The notes: generated by a model not told the origin, from the sequence alone. A stretch of DNA of 33,019 nt from Gemmatimonadaceae bacterium (GCA_051001375.1 JBPCNJ010000081.1:1-33019), one strand, 5' to 3'. Positions 1-10,312 are shown, numbered from the stretch's first letter. Made by a program: numbers and translations.

Positions 1-119
1 GTTATTACGGGTCGTGTTGCCCGGGAGCGCGCGTCGGTGCAAGCTTATGCGAAGCACGGACGCACCGAAGCACGAAGCGCTGCGACCCGATCCGATTCCG
101 CGAAGCCCACAGGGTACCC

Positions 120-1802
120 ATGTCCGACTCAGCTCCCAATTCCGACCGACAGTGCCCGATCAGCCGACGCGCGTTCGTCGGTTCGGCAGCCGCGTCGGTA
201 ATTGCCGGCGCCGTGGGTTGCGGCCCGCGTGCGGGGATTGCCGCTACCGCGGCTGCTCCCGTTCCCGCGCCCGTGCCCTTGCGAGCAGCCGCTCAGTTTG
301 AGTTCGAGGAGGTCACTCTGGCGCAGCTGCAAGGTGGTATGGCGAGCGGTCATTACACCTCTCAGTCGCTGTGTCATGCGTACCTCGCTCGTATCGACCA
401 GTTGGATCGTACCGGGCCCATGCTCAGAGCTGTTCTGCAGCTCAACCCGGACGCGCTCGCGATCGCGGCGGCGCTGGACAACGAGCGCAAGACGCGCGGC
501 GCACGCGGTCCGCTGCATGGAATTCCCGTGCTGATAAAGGACAACATCGACACGCACGACCGAATGACGACTTCCGCTGGCTCGGCCGCACTGGCGAATT
601 CCGTGGCGCCGCGGGACTCGTTCGTCGCGGAGCGCTTGCGAGCGGCGGGCGCAGTGATACTTGGCAAGACAAATCTGAGTGAGTGGGCAAACTTCCGCTC
701 CACGCATTCAACCAGCGGGTGGAGCGGCCTCGGCGGCCAGACGCGCAACGCGTACGCGTTGGACCGCACGCCGTCGGGCTCGAGCGCCGGCTCAGGGACG
801 GCGGTATCCGCGAATCTATGTGCCATAGCCGTGGGCACGGAGACAGACGGATCAATAACGTCGCCGTCAGCGGTGGCATCGCTGGTGGGCATCAAGCCGA
901 CCGTCGGGCTCGTCAGCAGAGCGGGGATCATCCCCATCTCTCACTCGCAGGACACGGCTGGGCCGATGGCGCGCACGGTGACGGATGCGGCAATTCTGTT
1001 GAGCGCACTCGCGGGCGTGGATCCGCGGGATCCGGCGACCGCTGCCGGAAGCGGCCGGCCGGCGGTCGACTACACGCGCTTTCTGCAGGCTGACGGGCTA
1101 CGCGGTGCGCGCATCGGTGTGGCGCGCAAGAGATACTTTGGCTACAGTGTGAACGCCGACCGCATCGCGGAGGGGGCTCTTGACGCCATGCGCCACGCCG
1201 GCGCTGTAATAGTGGATCCGGCGGACATTGCGACGTCGGCCAATTTGGACGCAGATGAATTCGACGTATTGCTGTACGAATTCAAGCACGACCTGAACGT
1301 GTATCTCGCGTCGCTCGGCGCAACCGCTCGCATGAAGTCACTCGCCGATCTGATCGCATTCAACAGCCAGCATGTCGCCGAGGAGATGCCGTTCTTTGGC
1401 CAGGAGATATTCACGATGGCCGAGGCCAAGGGTCCGCTCACGGACAAGAAGTATCTGTCCGCGCTTCGCACGGGACATCTCAGATCTCGCGCGGATGGGA
1501 TCGACGCGACCATGACCAAGTATCGCCTCGACGCAATCGTTGCACCGACGCAGGGGCCGCCGGGGCTTATCGATCTCGTTAACGGAGATGCGGGTGGCGG
1601 CAGCGCAACGCCGCCCGCCGCGATCGCTGGATATCCGCACATCACGGTACCGGCCGGCTATGCATTCGGGCTGCCGGTTGGCATGTCGTTCTTTGGACGT
1701 GCATGGAGCGAGCCGAAGCTGATCGCGCTGGCATATGCATTCGAGCAGACGACAAGGGCGCGAAAAGCGCCAAGGCTTCTCCCGACCGCGCAACTCACCT
1801 GA
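120..1802 (+). CDS. Amidase-signature family amidase with Tat-type signal peptide
   Basis: 560-aa ORF. N-terminal SRRAFVGSAAASVIAGAVG resembles a twin-arginine signal. Amidase-signature core is present: GIPVLIKDNI ... TPSGSSAGSGTAVSANLCAIAVGTETDGSITSPSA. Stop TGA 1800-1802 lies 3 nt before thrC. Confidence 0.85.
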   Translation: MSDSAPNSDRQCPISRRAFVGSAAASVIAGAVGCGPRAGIAATAAAPVPAPVPLRAAAQFEFEEVTLAQLQGGMASGHYTSQSLCHAYLARIDQLDRTGPMLRAVLQLNPDALAIAAALDNERKTRGARGPLHGIPVLIKDNIDTHDRMTTSAGSAALANSVAPRDSFVAERLRAAGAVILGKTNLSEWANFRSTHSTSGWSGLGGQTRNAYALDRTPSGSSAGSGTAVSANLCAIAVGTETDGSITSPSAVASLVGIKPTVGLVSRAGIIPISHSQDTAGPMARTVTDAAILLSALAGVDPRDPATAAGSGRPAVDYTRFLQADGLRGARIGVARKRYFGYSVNADRIAEGALDAMRHAGAVIVDPADIATSANLDADEFDVLLYEFKHDLNVYLASLGATARMKSLADLIAFNSQHVAEEMPFFGQEIFTMAEAKGPLTDKKYLSALRTGHLRSRADGIDATMTKYRLDAIVAPTQGPPGLIDLVNGDAGGGSATPPAAIAGYPHITVPAGYAFGLPVGMSFFGRAWSEPKLIALAYAFEQTTRARKAPRLLPTAQLT

Positions 1803-1805
1803 AGG

Positions 1806-3050
1806 ATGCCTTCGCGCGATGATCACGCGATGACGCCGCGCGCGCTGCGCTGCAGACTGTGCGGAACGGCAGCTCCGGCCGCGCCCACGGCGGTGTGCAA
1901 GCACTGTCTCGGCCCATTGGAGGTAATTGCCGCAGATCCGGTTTCACTGCCAACGCGCGAACAGATCGAGCGGCGACCAGCGTCGCTGTGGCGGTACCGC
2001 GAGTGGCTGCCCTTCGATGGCGAGCCCGTACTGTCGCTGGACACAGGCTTCACGCCACTGGTGGAAGCACCACGCATGGCTCGGCGACTCGGTGTCGCGC
2101 GCTGCTGGATCAAGAACGATTCGGTGTCGCACCCTTCGCTCTCCTTCAAGGATCGCATCGTAGCCACCGCGATCAACGCGGCTCTCGCGTTTGGGCTGGA
2201 TACAATTGGCTGTGCATCCACCGGCAATCTTGCCAACTCGGTCGCGGCTCAGGCTGCTCGCGCTGGGATGGGGGCGTGGATCTTTATCCCTGAGTCCATC
2301 GAGCGTGGAAAGATCGCCGCGACCCAGGTCTTCGCGCCCAATCTGGTGCGCGTGCGCGGTACCTACGACGACGTGAACCGCCTGTGCGCGACGGTGGCCG
2401 AGCACTTCGGTTGGGGAATCGTCAACGTCAATCTGCGGGCGTATTACGCTGAAGGGTCCAAGACTATCGCGTTCGAGATCGCCGAGCAGCTTGGCTGGCG
2501 TTTGCCGACGGCCGTGGTAGCGCCGATGGCTGGCGGCTCACTCATCTCCAAGTTGCAGCGCGGCTTCCAGCAGTTTACCGACGCGGCACTGGTGAACGGC
2601 GCGCAGCCGCGGCTATACGGCGCGCAGGCGGCCGGCTGCGCACCAATTGTGCGGATGGTGCAAGAAAACCGAGACGACGTGCAGCCCGTCGTTCCCAACA
2701 CGATCGCGCGCTCGATAGCGATCGGAAATCCTGCGGACGGGCGTTTCGCCAAGCGCGCGGTTCTGGAAAGTGGCGGCTGGGCCGCGGCGGTGGGCGAATC
2801 GGATCTGATCGAAGGGATCAAAATTCTGGCCGCCGACACCGGCGTGTTCACGGAGACAGCGGGCGGAGTTACCACCGCCGCGGCACTGTCGCTGGCACGC
2901 GAGGGTCGCTTTGCACCGGATGACGAGGTGGTGCTGTGCATCACTGGAAACGGTTTCAAGACGCTGGAGCCGCTGCTACCGACGCTCGCCGACTCGCCGC
3001 TCATCAATCCGGATCTGCGCGAGGTGCGCGCGCTGGTTGAGACCCCGTGA
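1806..3050 (+). CDS. thrC: Threonine synthase (PLP-dependent, with N-terminal Cys4 zinc-ribbon)
   Basis: 414 aa. CRLCG...CKHCLGPLEV ribbon, WRYREWLPF motif, PLP-lysine motif SLSFKDR and CASTGNLANS. Followed by thrB with a GTGA overlap. Confidence 0.8.
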   Translation: MPSRDDHAMTPRALRCRLCGTAAPAAPTAVCKHCLGPLEVIAADPVSLPTREQIERRPASLWRYREWLPFDGEPVLSLDTGFTPLVEAPRMARRLGVARCWIKNDSVSHPSLSFKDRIVATAINAALAFGLDTIGCASTGNLANSVAAQAARAGMGAWIFIPESIERGKIAATQVFAPNLVRVRGTYDDVNRLCATVAEHFGWGIVNVNLRAYYAEGSKTIAFEIAEQLGWRLPTAVVAPMAGGSLISKLQRGFQQFTDAALVNGAQPRLYGAQAAGCAPIVRMVQENRDDVQPVVPNTIARSIAIGNPADGRFAKRAVLESGGWAAAVGESDLIEGIKILAADTGVFTETAGGVTTAAALSLAREGRFAPDDEVVLCITGNGFKTLEPLLPTLADSPLINPDLREVRALVETP

Positions 3051-4084
3051 CCCCGCCGGCACGGGTGCGCGTGCAATCGCCGGAGCGTGAGGCAGCCACG
3101 CTGGCCGCGCGGCGGAGCACAGTACGCGTACCAGCGTCAACATCAAACTTGGGCGCTGGATTTGATTGCGTAGGAGTCGCGGTCGATCTGTGGCTCACGG
3201 CGACGGCGGCTGTCACGGTGCGTGAAGTCGGACAGCATCCCGAACCGAATATCGACTCAACCTTCGCGCCGACCATACACCGCTCCGGCACGCTCGCGCA
3301 GCTCGGCTGCTCGGCGACGGACGACCTGATGCTGCGCGCATTTGTCGCCGCTTGCGCATACAGGGGACGTGACGTCCCGGCAGGATTGGTGATCCACGCG
3401 CACTCATCGATTCCGGTTGCGAGAGGGCTTGGCTCGTCTGCCGCGGCGATAGTCGCGGGCGTGGTACTAGCCAGCGAATTCATGGCGCTCGGCCTCACTC
3501 AGCGAGACACAATCGACATTGCTGCGCGAATCGATGGTCATCCCGACAACGTTGCCCCGTCGGTTATCGGTGGGGCTGCGCTGTGCGTGCGTATCAGTAA
3601 CGACTCGTATGAGATCGCACCGCTTCCCATCCATCCGTCGATCCGTTTTGTGTTCGCGATTCCTGACTTCGAGTTTCGCACATCTGTAGCGCGCGCAGCG
3701 TTGCCAGAGACGCTGCCGTTCGCAACCGCGGTCGAAGCCGCAGCACGCGCGGCGGCGCTGGTGACAGGACTTGCGAGTGGCAACGAGCAGTTACTGCGCG
3801 CAGGCCTTGCCGATGTGCTCCACGTACCTTTTCGCCGTGATCACGTGAACGGATACGCTCGCGTGACTCATGCGGCACGCGAAGCTGGAGCGATTGGCGC
3901 CACACTCAGTGGCTCAGGATCAGCCATAGTGGCCGTTGTGCTGGAAGGCGATACGGATCGCGTCCCGACCGCAATGGCGCAGGCCTGGCGATCACTTGGT
4001 GTACATGCCGCGACGTTAGTCAGCGACGCCAGCGTTGGTGGAATGCAGAGCGACGGCGGCAATGAACCGGAGCCACCGGGATGA
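3047..4084 (+). CDS. thrB: Homoserine kinase (GHMP kinase family)
   Basis: VRVPASTSNLGAGFD N-terminal motif and GHMP motif PVARGLGSSAAAIVAG. GTG start overlaps the thrC stop (GTGA). An alternative GTG at 3065 is possible. Confidence 0.85.
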   Translation: MTPPARVRVQSPEREAATLAARRSTVRVPASTSNLGAGFDCVGVAVDLWLTATAAVTVREVGQHPEPNIDSTFAPTIHRSGTLAQLGCSATDDLMLRAFVAACAYRGRDVPAGLVIHAHSSIPVARGLGSSAAAIVAGVVLASEFMALGLTQRDTIDIAARIDGHPDNVAPSVIGGAALCVRISNDSYEIAPLPIHPSIRFVFAIPDFEFRTSVARAALPETLPFATAVEAAARAAALVTGLASGNEQLLRAGLADVLHVPFRRDHVNGYARVTHAAREAGAIGATLSGSGSAIVAVVLEGDTDRVPTAMAQAWRSLGVHAATLVSDASVGGMQSDGGNEPEPPG

Positions 4085-5247
4085 TTGATGCCGCACCGAC
4101 GTTCGCGCCCGAAGAGTTGCTGCGCTACAGCCGTCATCTGCTGCTCGACGAGGTCGGTACCGAAGGGCAGCGGCGCATCAAGGCCGCACGCGTGCTCCTC
4201 ATCGGCGCTGGTGGCCTGGGCTCGCCGACGGCGCTGTATCTCGCCGCCGCTGGCGTCGGCACGATTGGACTGATCGACTTCGACCGAGTCGATGAGAGCA
4301 ACTTGCACCGGCAACTGTTGCACGGAACGCGGGACGTGGGACGCCTAAAAGTTGAGTCCGCCCGTGACCGCCTCCACGACGTCAACCCGCACGTTCACGT
4401 CGAAGCGTTCAGCACGCGCCTGACCCCGGACAACGCGCTCGAGATCATGCGCGACTTCGACGTCGTGATCGATGGCAGCGATAATTTCGCGACCCGGTAT
4501 CTCGTAAACGACGCAGCCGTGCTCGCGGGTAAGCTAAACGTGTATGGCAGCGTCTTCAGATTTGAAGGGCAGGCGTCGGTCTTCGGCGGTGACGGCGGCC
4601 CGTGCTATCGCTGCCTTTTCCGGGAGCCCCCTCCGGCGGGGCTCGTTCCCAACTGCGCCGAGGCCGGCGTGCTCGGCGTTCTGCCCGGTCTGATTGGTAC
4701 CATCCAGGCAACCGAGGCACTCAAACTCGTTCTTGGAATTGGAGAACCGCTCATTGGTAGGCTGCTGCTCGTAGAATCGCTCGCAATGACATTTCGGACG
4801 ATTAGGGTGCGGCAAGACCCTGGCTGCCCCGCCTGCGGTGCCGACGCGTCCAGCGGCAGTGGAACGATCCGGAGTCTTGCCGACCGTGCGCACGATTACG
4901 CTGAGGTCGCTTGCGCTGCTCCGACCAGTGTACGCGAGATTACGCCCGCAGCACTCGCTGACAAGCTCCGGCGGGGAGACGACTTCGACCTGATCGACGT
5001 GCGCGAGCCGGCGGAATGGCAGCTGGGGCACCTTGCCGGTGCTCGGCTGGTGCCGCTCGCGGCCGTTGCCGCCGCCGCGCGGGAGTTGGACCGCGGCCGT
5101 GAGATTGTCCTGTATTGCAAGAGTGGCGTTCGTTCCGCGGCGGCGGCGGAGCAGCTCCTCGACGCTGGTTTCGACAGAGTAGCGAGCCTGCAAGGGGGAA
5201 TCACGCGCTGGAGAGACGAAATCGACTCCACATTGCCGCGCTACTGA
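4081..5247 (+). CDS. MoeB/ThiF-family sulfur-carrier adenylyltransferase fused to a rhodanese domain (MoeZ-like)
   Basis: RYSRHLLL...LLIGAGGLGSPTALYLAAAGVG nucleotide-binding fold. CYRC...CPAC zinc motif. C-terminal rhodanese with active-site loop YCKSGVRS. ATGA overlap with thrB. Confidence 0.85.
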   Translation: MIDAAPTFAPEELLRYSRHLLLDEVGTEGQRRIKAARVLLIGAGGLGSPTALYLAAAGVGTIGLIDFDRVDESNLHRQLLHGTRDVGRLKVESARDRLHDVNPHVHVEAFSTRLTPDNALEIMRDFDVVIDGSDNFATRYLVNDAAVLAGKLNVYGSVFRFEGQASVFGGDGGPCYRCLFREPPPAGLVPNCAEAGVLGVLPGLIGTIQATEALKLVLGIGEPLIGRLLLVESLAMTFRTIRVRQDPGCPACGADASSGSGTIRSLADRAHDYAEVACAAPTSVREITPAALADKLRRGDDFDLIDVREPAEWQLGHLAGARLVPLAAVAAAARELDRGREIVLYCKSGVRSAAAAEQLLDAGFDRVASLQGGITRWRDEIDSTLPRY

Positions 5248-5336
5248 CGTCGGACACCGGAGCGCGACATATTTGAATCCATGCTCCGCGGCGGGCGTCC
5301 AAAGGGCGCTGATAATTGTTCGGCGAACGATCGCTC

Positions 5337-6419
5337 ATGTTGAAGTATCAGATTGTTGCGGGCGTGCTCATTGTCGTGCAACTGGCTTTCGCGATCCTGG
5401 TTGCCGCTCTCGATTACACCACGCGCTCGCGCGAGCAGGCCGCGCGCGGTGGCCCTGGCGGTAAGCGCGAGTCGGCAGCGGCTGAAGCGGCCGAAGCGCG
5501 GAGGATGCTTCCCGATTCCCCGTCTGTGGCCCAGGTGATCGGGGCAATTCGCCGAGCGCGCAGTGCGGACGCGGCGCAGGCACTACTGGCACTCGGCGTC
5601 GAGCGCGTCGCACCCGCGGAGCGCGGTAAGCTGGACAGCGCACTGCACAGCGAGCCGCGCGTTCGCCGCATTCTGGACGGCGGCAGGTCTTCGCTGTGGT
5701 GGCGACGCCTGGCGGCGGCTCGCGTTCTGGCCCAGATCGGTGACGGGAGCGATCTACCGGCGGTGCGGCGGCTGTTGTCAGACGCGCACCCGGCGGTCCA
5801 GAGCGCGGCTGCAGCGTGTCTGAGCCGCTACGCGGACGAGGAACTCATCGCCGGCGTGATCGACGGCCTCTCGACTGCGTCTTCGGCCGTCCGCACTTAC
5901 CAGCTCGGCGTGCTGACCCAACATGCCGAACTCGCAGCTCCACTCCTCCTCGACCGTATCCGTGCCGACGCGCCGCCGCACAAGTTGTATGCGTATGTGC
6001 ACGCCGTCGCCGCGCTGGAAGATCCGCGATGCATGGCGCGAGTGGCCGAACTTTCGACCCACTCACACCCAGAGGTGCGCGTTGCCGTCGCGCGCGTGTT
6101 ACGCAGCACGCCGGGCGACTTGTTCCACATCAAGCTTCTGTCGATGTTGCGCGATCCCGACTGGCGCGTCCGCGCGCAGGCGGCGCGTGGCCTCAGCGTA
6201 CTTAGCGATCCAGCGACGGTGCAGGAGCTGGTACGCGCGCTCACCGATCCCACATGGTGGGTTCGCTTTCGCGCCGGGCTGGCGCTAGCAGGAATGGGAG
6301 GGCCAGGACAGGATGCGCTAGACAGCGCGCGCACGCACTCGGATCGGTATGCGCGAGATATGGCCGTGCTTGTAGGCGGACTATCATCCGCCAGCGTAAT
6401 GGAGCTCTCAGCCGGGTGA
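5337..6419 (+). CDS. Membrane-anchored HEAT-repeat (PBS-lyase-like) protein
   Basis: N-terminal TM helix (IVAGVLIVVQLAFAILVAAL). Repeated HEAT-type units: DAHPAVQSAAAACL, HSHPEVRVAVARVL, DPDWRVRAQAARGLSVLSDP, DPTWWVRFRAGLALAGMG. The ORF track opens at TTG 5316, but ATG 5337 is more plausible. Confidence 0.7.
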   Translation: MLKYQIVAGVLIVVQLAFAILVAALDYTTRSREQAARGGPGGKRESAAAEAAEARRMLPDSPSVAQVIGAIRRARSADAAQALLALGVERVAPAERGKLDSALHSEPRVRRILDGGRSSLWWRRLAAARVLAQIGDGSDLPAVRRLLSDAHPAVQSAAAACLSRYADEELIAGVIDGLSTASSAVRTYQLGVLTQHAELAAPLLLDRIRADAPPHKLYAYVHAVAALEDPRCMARVAELSTHSHPEVRVAVARVLRSTPGDLFHIKLLSMLRDPDWRVRAQAARGLSVLSDPATVQELVRALTDPTWWVRFRAGLALAGMGGPGQDALDSARTHSDRYARDMAVLVGGLSSASVMELSAG

Positions 6420-7798
6420 CTTGGGCCGGCACTCTCGCGGCTGTGATGACCGCGATCATGATGTTTTTCCTCATCGTGAATTCGTTCCAGGCGCTACTGC
6501 TGATGCTCGCGATTCCGGAGCTGTGGTCCCACTGGCAACTGGCCGACGACGAATATTTCCACGCACTTGTGGGAACCGAAGCACTGCCCCCAATCTCGGT
6601 GGTGGCGACGCTTCACGACGACGCCGCCGATGCACCGGCACTCGCGCGCATGCTGCTCGAGCTGCAGTACCCGAGGCATGAGGTCGTGCTCGTCAGCGAC
6701 AGCACAGGAGAGAGTGGTAGCGACACGCTCGCTACACTGACGAGCGAGTTCGACCTGTACGAAGTTCCGCCCGCGTTTACCGTGAACCTGCGGACCCAAC
6801 CGGTCCGCGCCTACTACAGGTCCAGAACGCACCCTCGACTTCTATGCGTCGACAAGGAGCCTGGCGGCCGCGGCGACGCGATAAATGCCGGACTCAACGC
6901 GTCGCGGTACCCGCACGCGCTGGCCGTGTGGCACAACATCATCTTCGAGCCCGATGCACTCCTCAGGCTGACTCGCCCCTTCCTGCTGGATCGCTCGGTC
7001 GCGGCGGTGGGCGGCATACTGCGCCCTGTCAATGGTGCCTCAATCCAAGACGATCGGCTCGTTGCCGCACGCGTTCACGGTTGGGCCCTGGGTTCCCAGA
7101 CGATCGAGTACATGCGAAACTTTCTGTTCCAGCGGCTCGGGTGGAACAGACTCGCGAGCAATCTGATATTTCCGGGCAACACCGTGCTGTTCAAGCGGGA
7201 GCACATGTTCAGCGTCGGCGGCTTCGACCCGGACACGATCATCCCAGGGGTGGATCTCGATATTCGATTGCACCGGCACCTCACGGACAAGGGCATAAAT
7301 CCGCGCATGCCGGTGATTCCGGACCAGATCGCGTGGGCACGGGTGCCGGAGGATGTCGCCGGCATCGCGCGCGCAAGGCGGAGCTGGCAGCGCTGTCTGT
7401 GGCGAGCGCTACGCGAGGTAGCGCCGGTCCCGTTCAATCCGGAGTTTGGGGCCTTCGGAATGCTCGCCCTCCCGTACTTCTGGATCGCGATCATTATCGC
7501 CCCGTTCGTTGAGTTGGCCGGCTACGCTGGACTTGTCGTCGGCGCGGTGACCGGTGTGCTGGACACGCCATTCATCGCTGCCTACTTGGCCGCGGTTGTG
7601 GGATACGGCATACTCCTCTCAGTGTGGACTGTTATCCTGCAACTGCTCACGTTCCAACGTACCGCCCATCGGCGCGAAATCGCGCGGCTGCTCTTATTCG
7701 CAGTTGTCGAATCCCTGGGCTACCGCCAGTTGGTGGTGTGGTACCGCGCCAGTGCATTTTTCGTCGATCTCCCTCCAACCGTACAAGATCATGGATAA
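6416..7798 (+). CDS. Family 2 glycosyltransferase, membrane-integrated (synthase-like topology)
   Basis: N-terminal TM, then a GT-A core (ISVVATLHDD..., GGRGDAINAGLNAS, GNTVLFKREHMFSVGGFD, AWARVPEDVAGIARARRSW) and several C-terminal TM helices. Trimmed from ORF 6254 to GTG 6416, which overlaps the upstream stop (GTGA). The 6254-6415 part is Arg-rich and overlaps the HEAT gene. Confidence 0.75.
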   Translation: MTWAGTLAAVMTAIMMFFLIVNSFQALLLMLAIPELWSHWQLADDEYFHALVGTEALPPISVVATLHDDAADAPALARMLLELQYPRHEVVLVSDSTGESGSDTLATLTSEFDLYEVPPAFTVNLRTQPVRAYYRSRTHPRLLCVDKEPGGRGDAINAGLNASRYPHALAVWHNIIFEPDALLRLTRPFLLDRSVAAVGGILRPVNGASIQDDRLVAARVHGWALGSQTIEYMRNFLFQRLGWNRLASNLIFPGNTVLFKREHMFSVGGFDPDTIIPGVDLDIRLHRHLTDKGINPRMPVIPDQIAWARVPEDVAGIARARRSWQRCLWRALREVAPVPFNPEFGAFGMLALPYFWIAIIIAPFVELAGYAGLVVGAVTGVLDTPFIAAYLAAVVGYGILLSVWTVILQLLTFQRTAHRREIARLLLFAVVESLGYRQLVVWYRASAFFVDLPPTVQDHG

Positions 7799-8903
7799 CC
7801 ATCGCCTGCAGGCCCTACACGACGCCGGACAGTCTATCTGGCTTGACTATATCGATCGCACCATGCTGCACAACGGTGATCTGGAGCGACGTCTCACCGA
7901 CTCGATGCTCACCGGCATGACGTCAAATCCCACCATATTCGAGAAGGCGCTATCCGAGGGGACGGCGTACGACGATCAGCTGCGCGGCGCGCCAGCCGGA
8001 CTCCAGCCATGGCAGTTGTTCGAGCTGGTGGAGACGGAAGACGTTCGAGCGGCTTGCGACGTGTTCGCCAACATCTACAACAGCACCGACGGAAAGGATG
8101 GCTTTGTGTCCATCGAGGTCTCGCCCGGAGTGTCGCACGACGCGGACAAGACGGTCGAAGAAGCGCGCCGGCTGTGGCAGACCGTCAACCGCCCCAACGT
8201 CATGGTCAAGGTGCCCGGAACCGAGGAGGGATCCAAGGCTGTGTACCGGCTGCTGGACGAAGGGGTCAACGTCAACATTACGCTTCTATTCGCGGTGGAC
8301 GCATACGAACGCGTGGCTGACGCGTACATCAGCGCGCTGGAGGATCGGGCTCGCAGGGGCGAGCCGATCGATCGCATGGCTTCGGTGGCTAGCTTCTTCG
8401 TGAGCCGCGTCGATACCGAGGTGGACAAGCGCCTGGAAGCGATCGGTGGCGAGGCAACAGAGCTGGAAGGGAAGGCGGCTGTCGCCAACGCAAAAATGGC
8501 CTACAGGCTATTCCAGAAGAAATTTTCCGGGCCACGCTGGGAAGCCCTTTCGAGCAAAGGGGCGCGAGTTCAGCGGCCACTCTGGGCTAGCACCAGCACC
8601 AAGAACCCCGCGTACCGTGACGTCATGTATGTGGAGCAGCTCATCGGGCCAGACACGGTAAACACCATGCCGCCCAAAACGATCGAGGCGTTCCGCGACC
8701 ACGGTGTTGTGGCGCGCACGGTAGACGCAGACGTGGACCAGGCAAAGGCTGATCTGGACGCATTGCAGCGCGTCGGGGTGAACATGAAGGATGTAACCGA
8801 CACGCTAATACGTGAAGGAATCGAGAGCTTCGAGAAGTCCTTTCAGTCGCTCATCAACGGAATTCAGAAGAAGCGGGCCGAGGTTCGTTCGAACGCAGCT
8901 TGA
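7791..8903 (+). CDS. tal: Transaldolase
   Basis: MDNHRLQALHDAGQSIWLDYIDR..., TSNPTIFEKA, catalytic-Lys region NVMVKVPGT. ATG 7791 is in frame with ORF 7554 and overlaps the GT2 stop by 8 nt. The upstream extension overlaps the GT2 C-terminus. Confidence 0.9.
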   Translation: MDNHRLQALHDAGQSIWLDYIDRTMLHNGDLERRLTDSMLTGMTSNPTIFEKALSEGTAYDDQLRGAPAGLQPWQLFELVETEDVRAACDVFANIYNSTDGKDGFVSIEVSPGVSHDADKTVEEARRLWQTVNRPNVMVKVPGTEEGSKAVYRLLDEGVNVNITLLFAVDAYERVADAYISALEDRARRGEPIDRMASVASFFVSRVDTEVDKRLEAIGGEATELEGKAAVANAKMAYRLFQKKFSGPRWEALSSKGARVQRPLWASTSTKNPAYRDVMYVEQLIGPDTVNTMPPKTIEAFRDHGVVARTVDADVDQAKADLDALQRVGVNMKDVTDTLIREGIESFEKSFQSLINGIQKKRAEVRSNAA

Positions 8904-10312
8904 TGCCACATACACGTCGAACGAAGATCGTCTGCACTCTGGGGCCCGCCACGTCCACGCGCGAGAGCATCCGCGCCATTGCGGAAGCTGGGATGAATGT
9001 TGCGCGCCTTAACTTCTCTCATGGTACCCACGCGGATCACGCCGAGCGAATCGACATGGTCCGCTCGGTCTCGCGCGAGCTGGGGCGCCCGATTGCTATT
9101 TTGGGAGACCTGCAAGGGCCGCGCATTCGCATCGGTAACCTGGAGCAGAGCATCCCGCTCGCTCCGGGTGACGACATCATCCTGGTGCACGAGGGCGAGG
9201 AGAACCCGGGCGATGTACCGGTGACGTACAATGCTCTGGCGCACGACGTCAAGGTGGGCGACCGCATACTGGTGGATGACGGTCTCATCGAGCTTGTCGC
9301 CCTCGACGTGACCGGGCCGCGAGTACACGCACGCGTGATCCACGGCGGCAACCTGCGGAGCCATAAAGGGCTCAACCTTCCCGGTGTTCAGGTCTCCGCG
9401 CCATCGCTGACGGAAAAGGACATTATCGACGCCGCGTTCGCGGTTGCGAACAATCTCGACTATCTCGCGTTGAGCTTCGTGCGCCAGCCTGAGGACATCG
9501 CGTCTCTCCGCGCGCTGCTCCCGCCAACAATGAATATCATCGCCAAGATCGAGAAGGACGCCGCGCTCGCGAATATCGAGGCAATTGTGCGCGCGTCCGA
9601 CGGTGTGATGGTGGCGCGCGGCGATCTGGGCGTCGAGCTTCCGTTCGAGGAAGTACCGGTTGCGCAGAAAAAAATCATAGCGCTGTGCAATCGCATCGGT
9701 CGTCCCGTCATCACGGCAACGCAGATGCTTGAGTCCATGGTGTCCAATCCTCGGCCCACCCGAGCTGAAGCGAGCGACGTTGCAAACGCGATTCTGGACG
9801 GCACTGATGCCGCAATGCTCTCCGCCGAAACGGCCGCTGGCGCTTATCCGCGTCTAGCGGTCGAGGCGATGAGCCGCATCATTCTGGAAGTGGAGCAGCA
9901 CCCGCCCTCGCGCCAGTTCCACGACCCGCACGAGCCGCCGGTCGGCATCGTCACGACTGAGGTCGCGATTGCCGCCGCAACGGTTGCCGCGGTCCAGATG
10001 TTGGGCGCGCCGCTGGTCGTGGTAATCACCAAGAGCGGCTTCTCAGCGCGAATCGTGTCATCACATCGCCCTCCAGTCCCCATTCTCGCGCTCACCGACA
10101 ATGCGCTGACATGCAATCAGATGGCGCTGCTCTGGGGAGTGATTCCATACGTCGCCGAGTCGCGCCCGACGTACACGGAAATGGCTGAAGTGGGCAAGAC
10201 GGTCGTGCGCGATCTCGGTCTGGCGGTACCAGGTGACCGCGTTGTTTTCACCGCGGGACACCCGTTTGGAATTCCCGGCACCACCAACCTCATGAAGGTA
10301 GAGGTCATGTGA
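8903..10312 (+). CDS. pyk: Pyruvate kinase
   Basis: RRTKIVCTLGPAT, MNVARLNFSHG, IIAKIEKDAA, VMVARGDLGVE, ATQMLESM. ATG 8903 overlaps the tal TGA by 1 nt (TGATG). The track opens one codon earlier at TTG 8900. Confidence 0.92.
   Translation: MPHTRRTKIVCTLGPATSTRESIRAIAEAGMNVARLNFSHGTHADHAERIDMVRSVSRELGRPIAILGDLQGPRIRIGNLEQSIPLAPGDDIILVHEGEENPGDVPVTYNALAHDVKVGDRILVDDGLIELVALDVTGPRVHARVIHGGNLRSHKGLNLPGVQVSAPSLTEKDIIDAAFAVANNLDYLALSFVRQPEDIASLRALLPPTMNIIAKIEKDAALANIEAIVRASDGVMVARGDLGVELPFEEVPVAQKKIIALCNRIGRPVITATQMLESMVSNPRPTRAEASDVANAILDGTDAAMLSAETAAGAYPRLAVEAMSRIILEVEQHPPSRQFHDPHEPPVGIVTTEVAIAAATVAAVQMLGAPLVVVITKSGFSARIVSSHRPPVPILALTDNALTCNQMALLWGVIPYVAESRPTYTEMAEVGKTVVRDLGLAVPGDRVVFTAGHPFGIPGTTNLMKVEVM

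Noticed and set aside
14-301. 95-aa ORF at the left edge, overlapping the amidase start.
   Set aside because: It is Arg-rich and low-complexity, and it overlaps the well-supported amidase gene in another frame. The first 119 nt are most simply non-coding upstream sequence.
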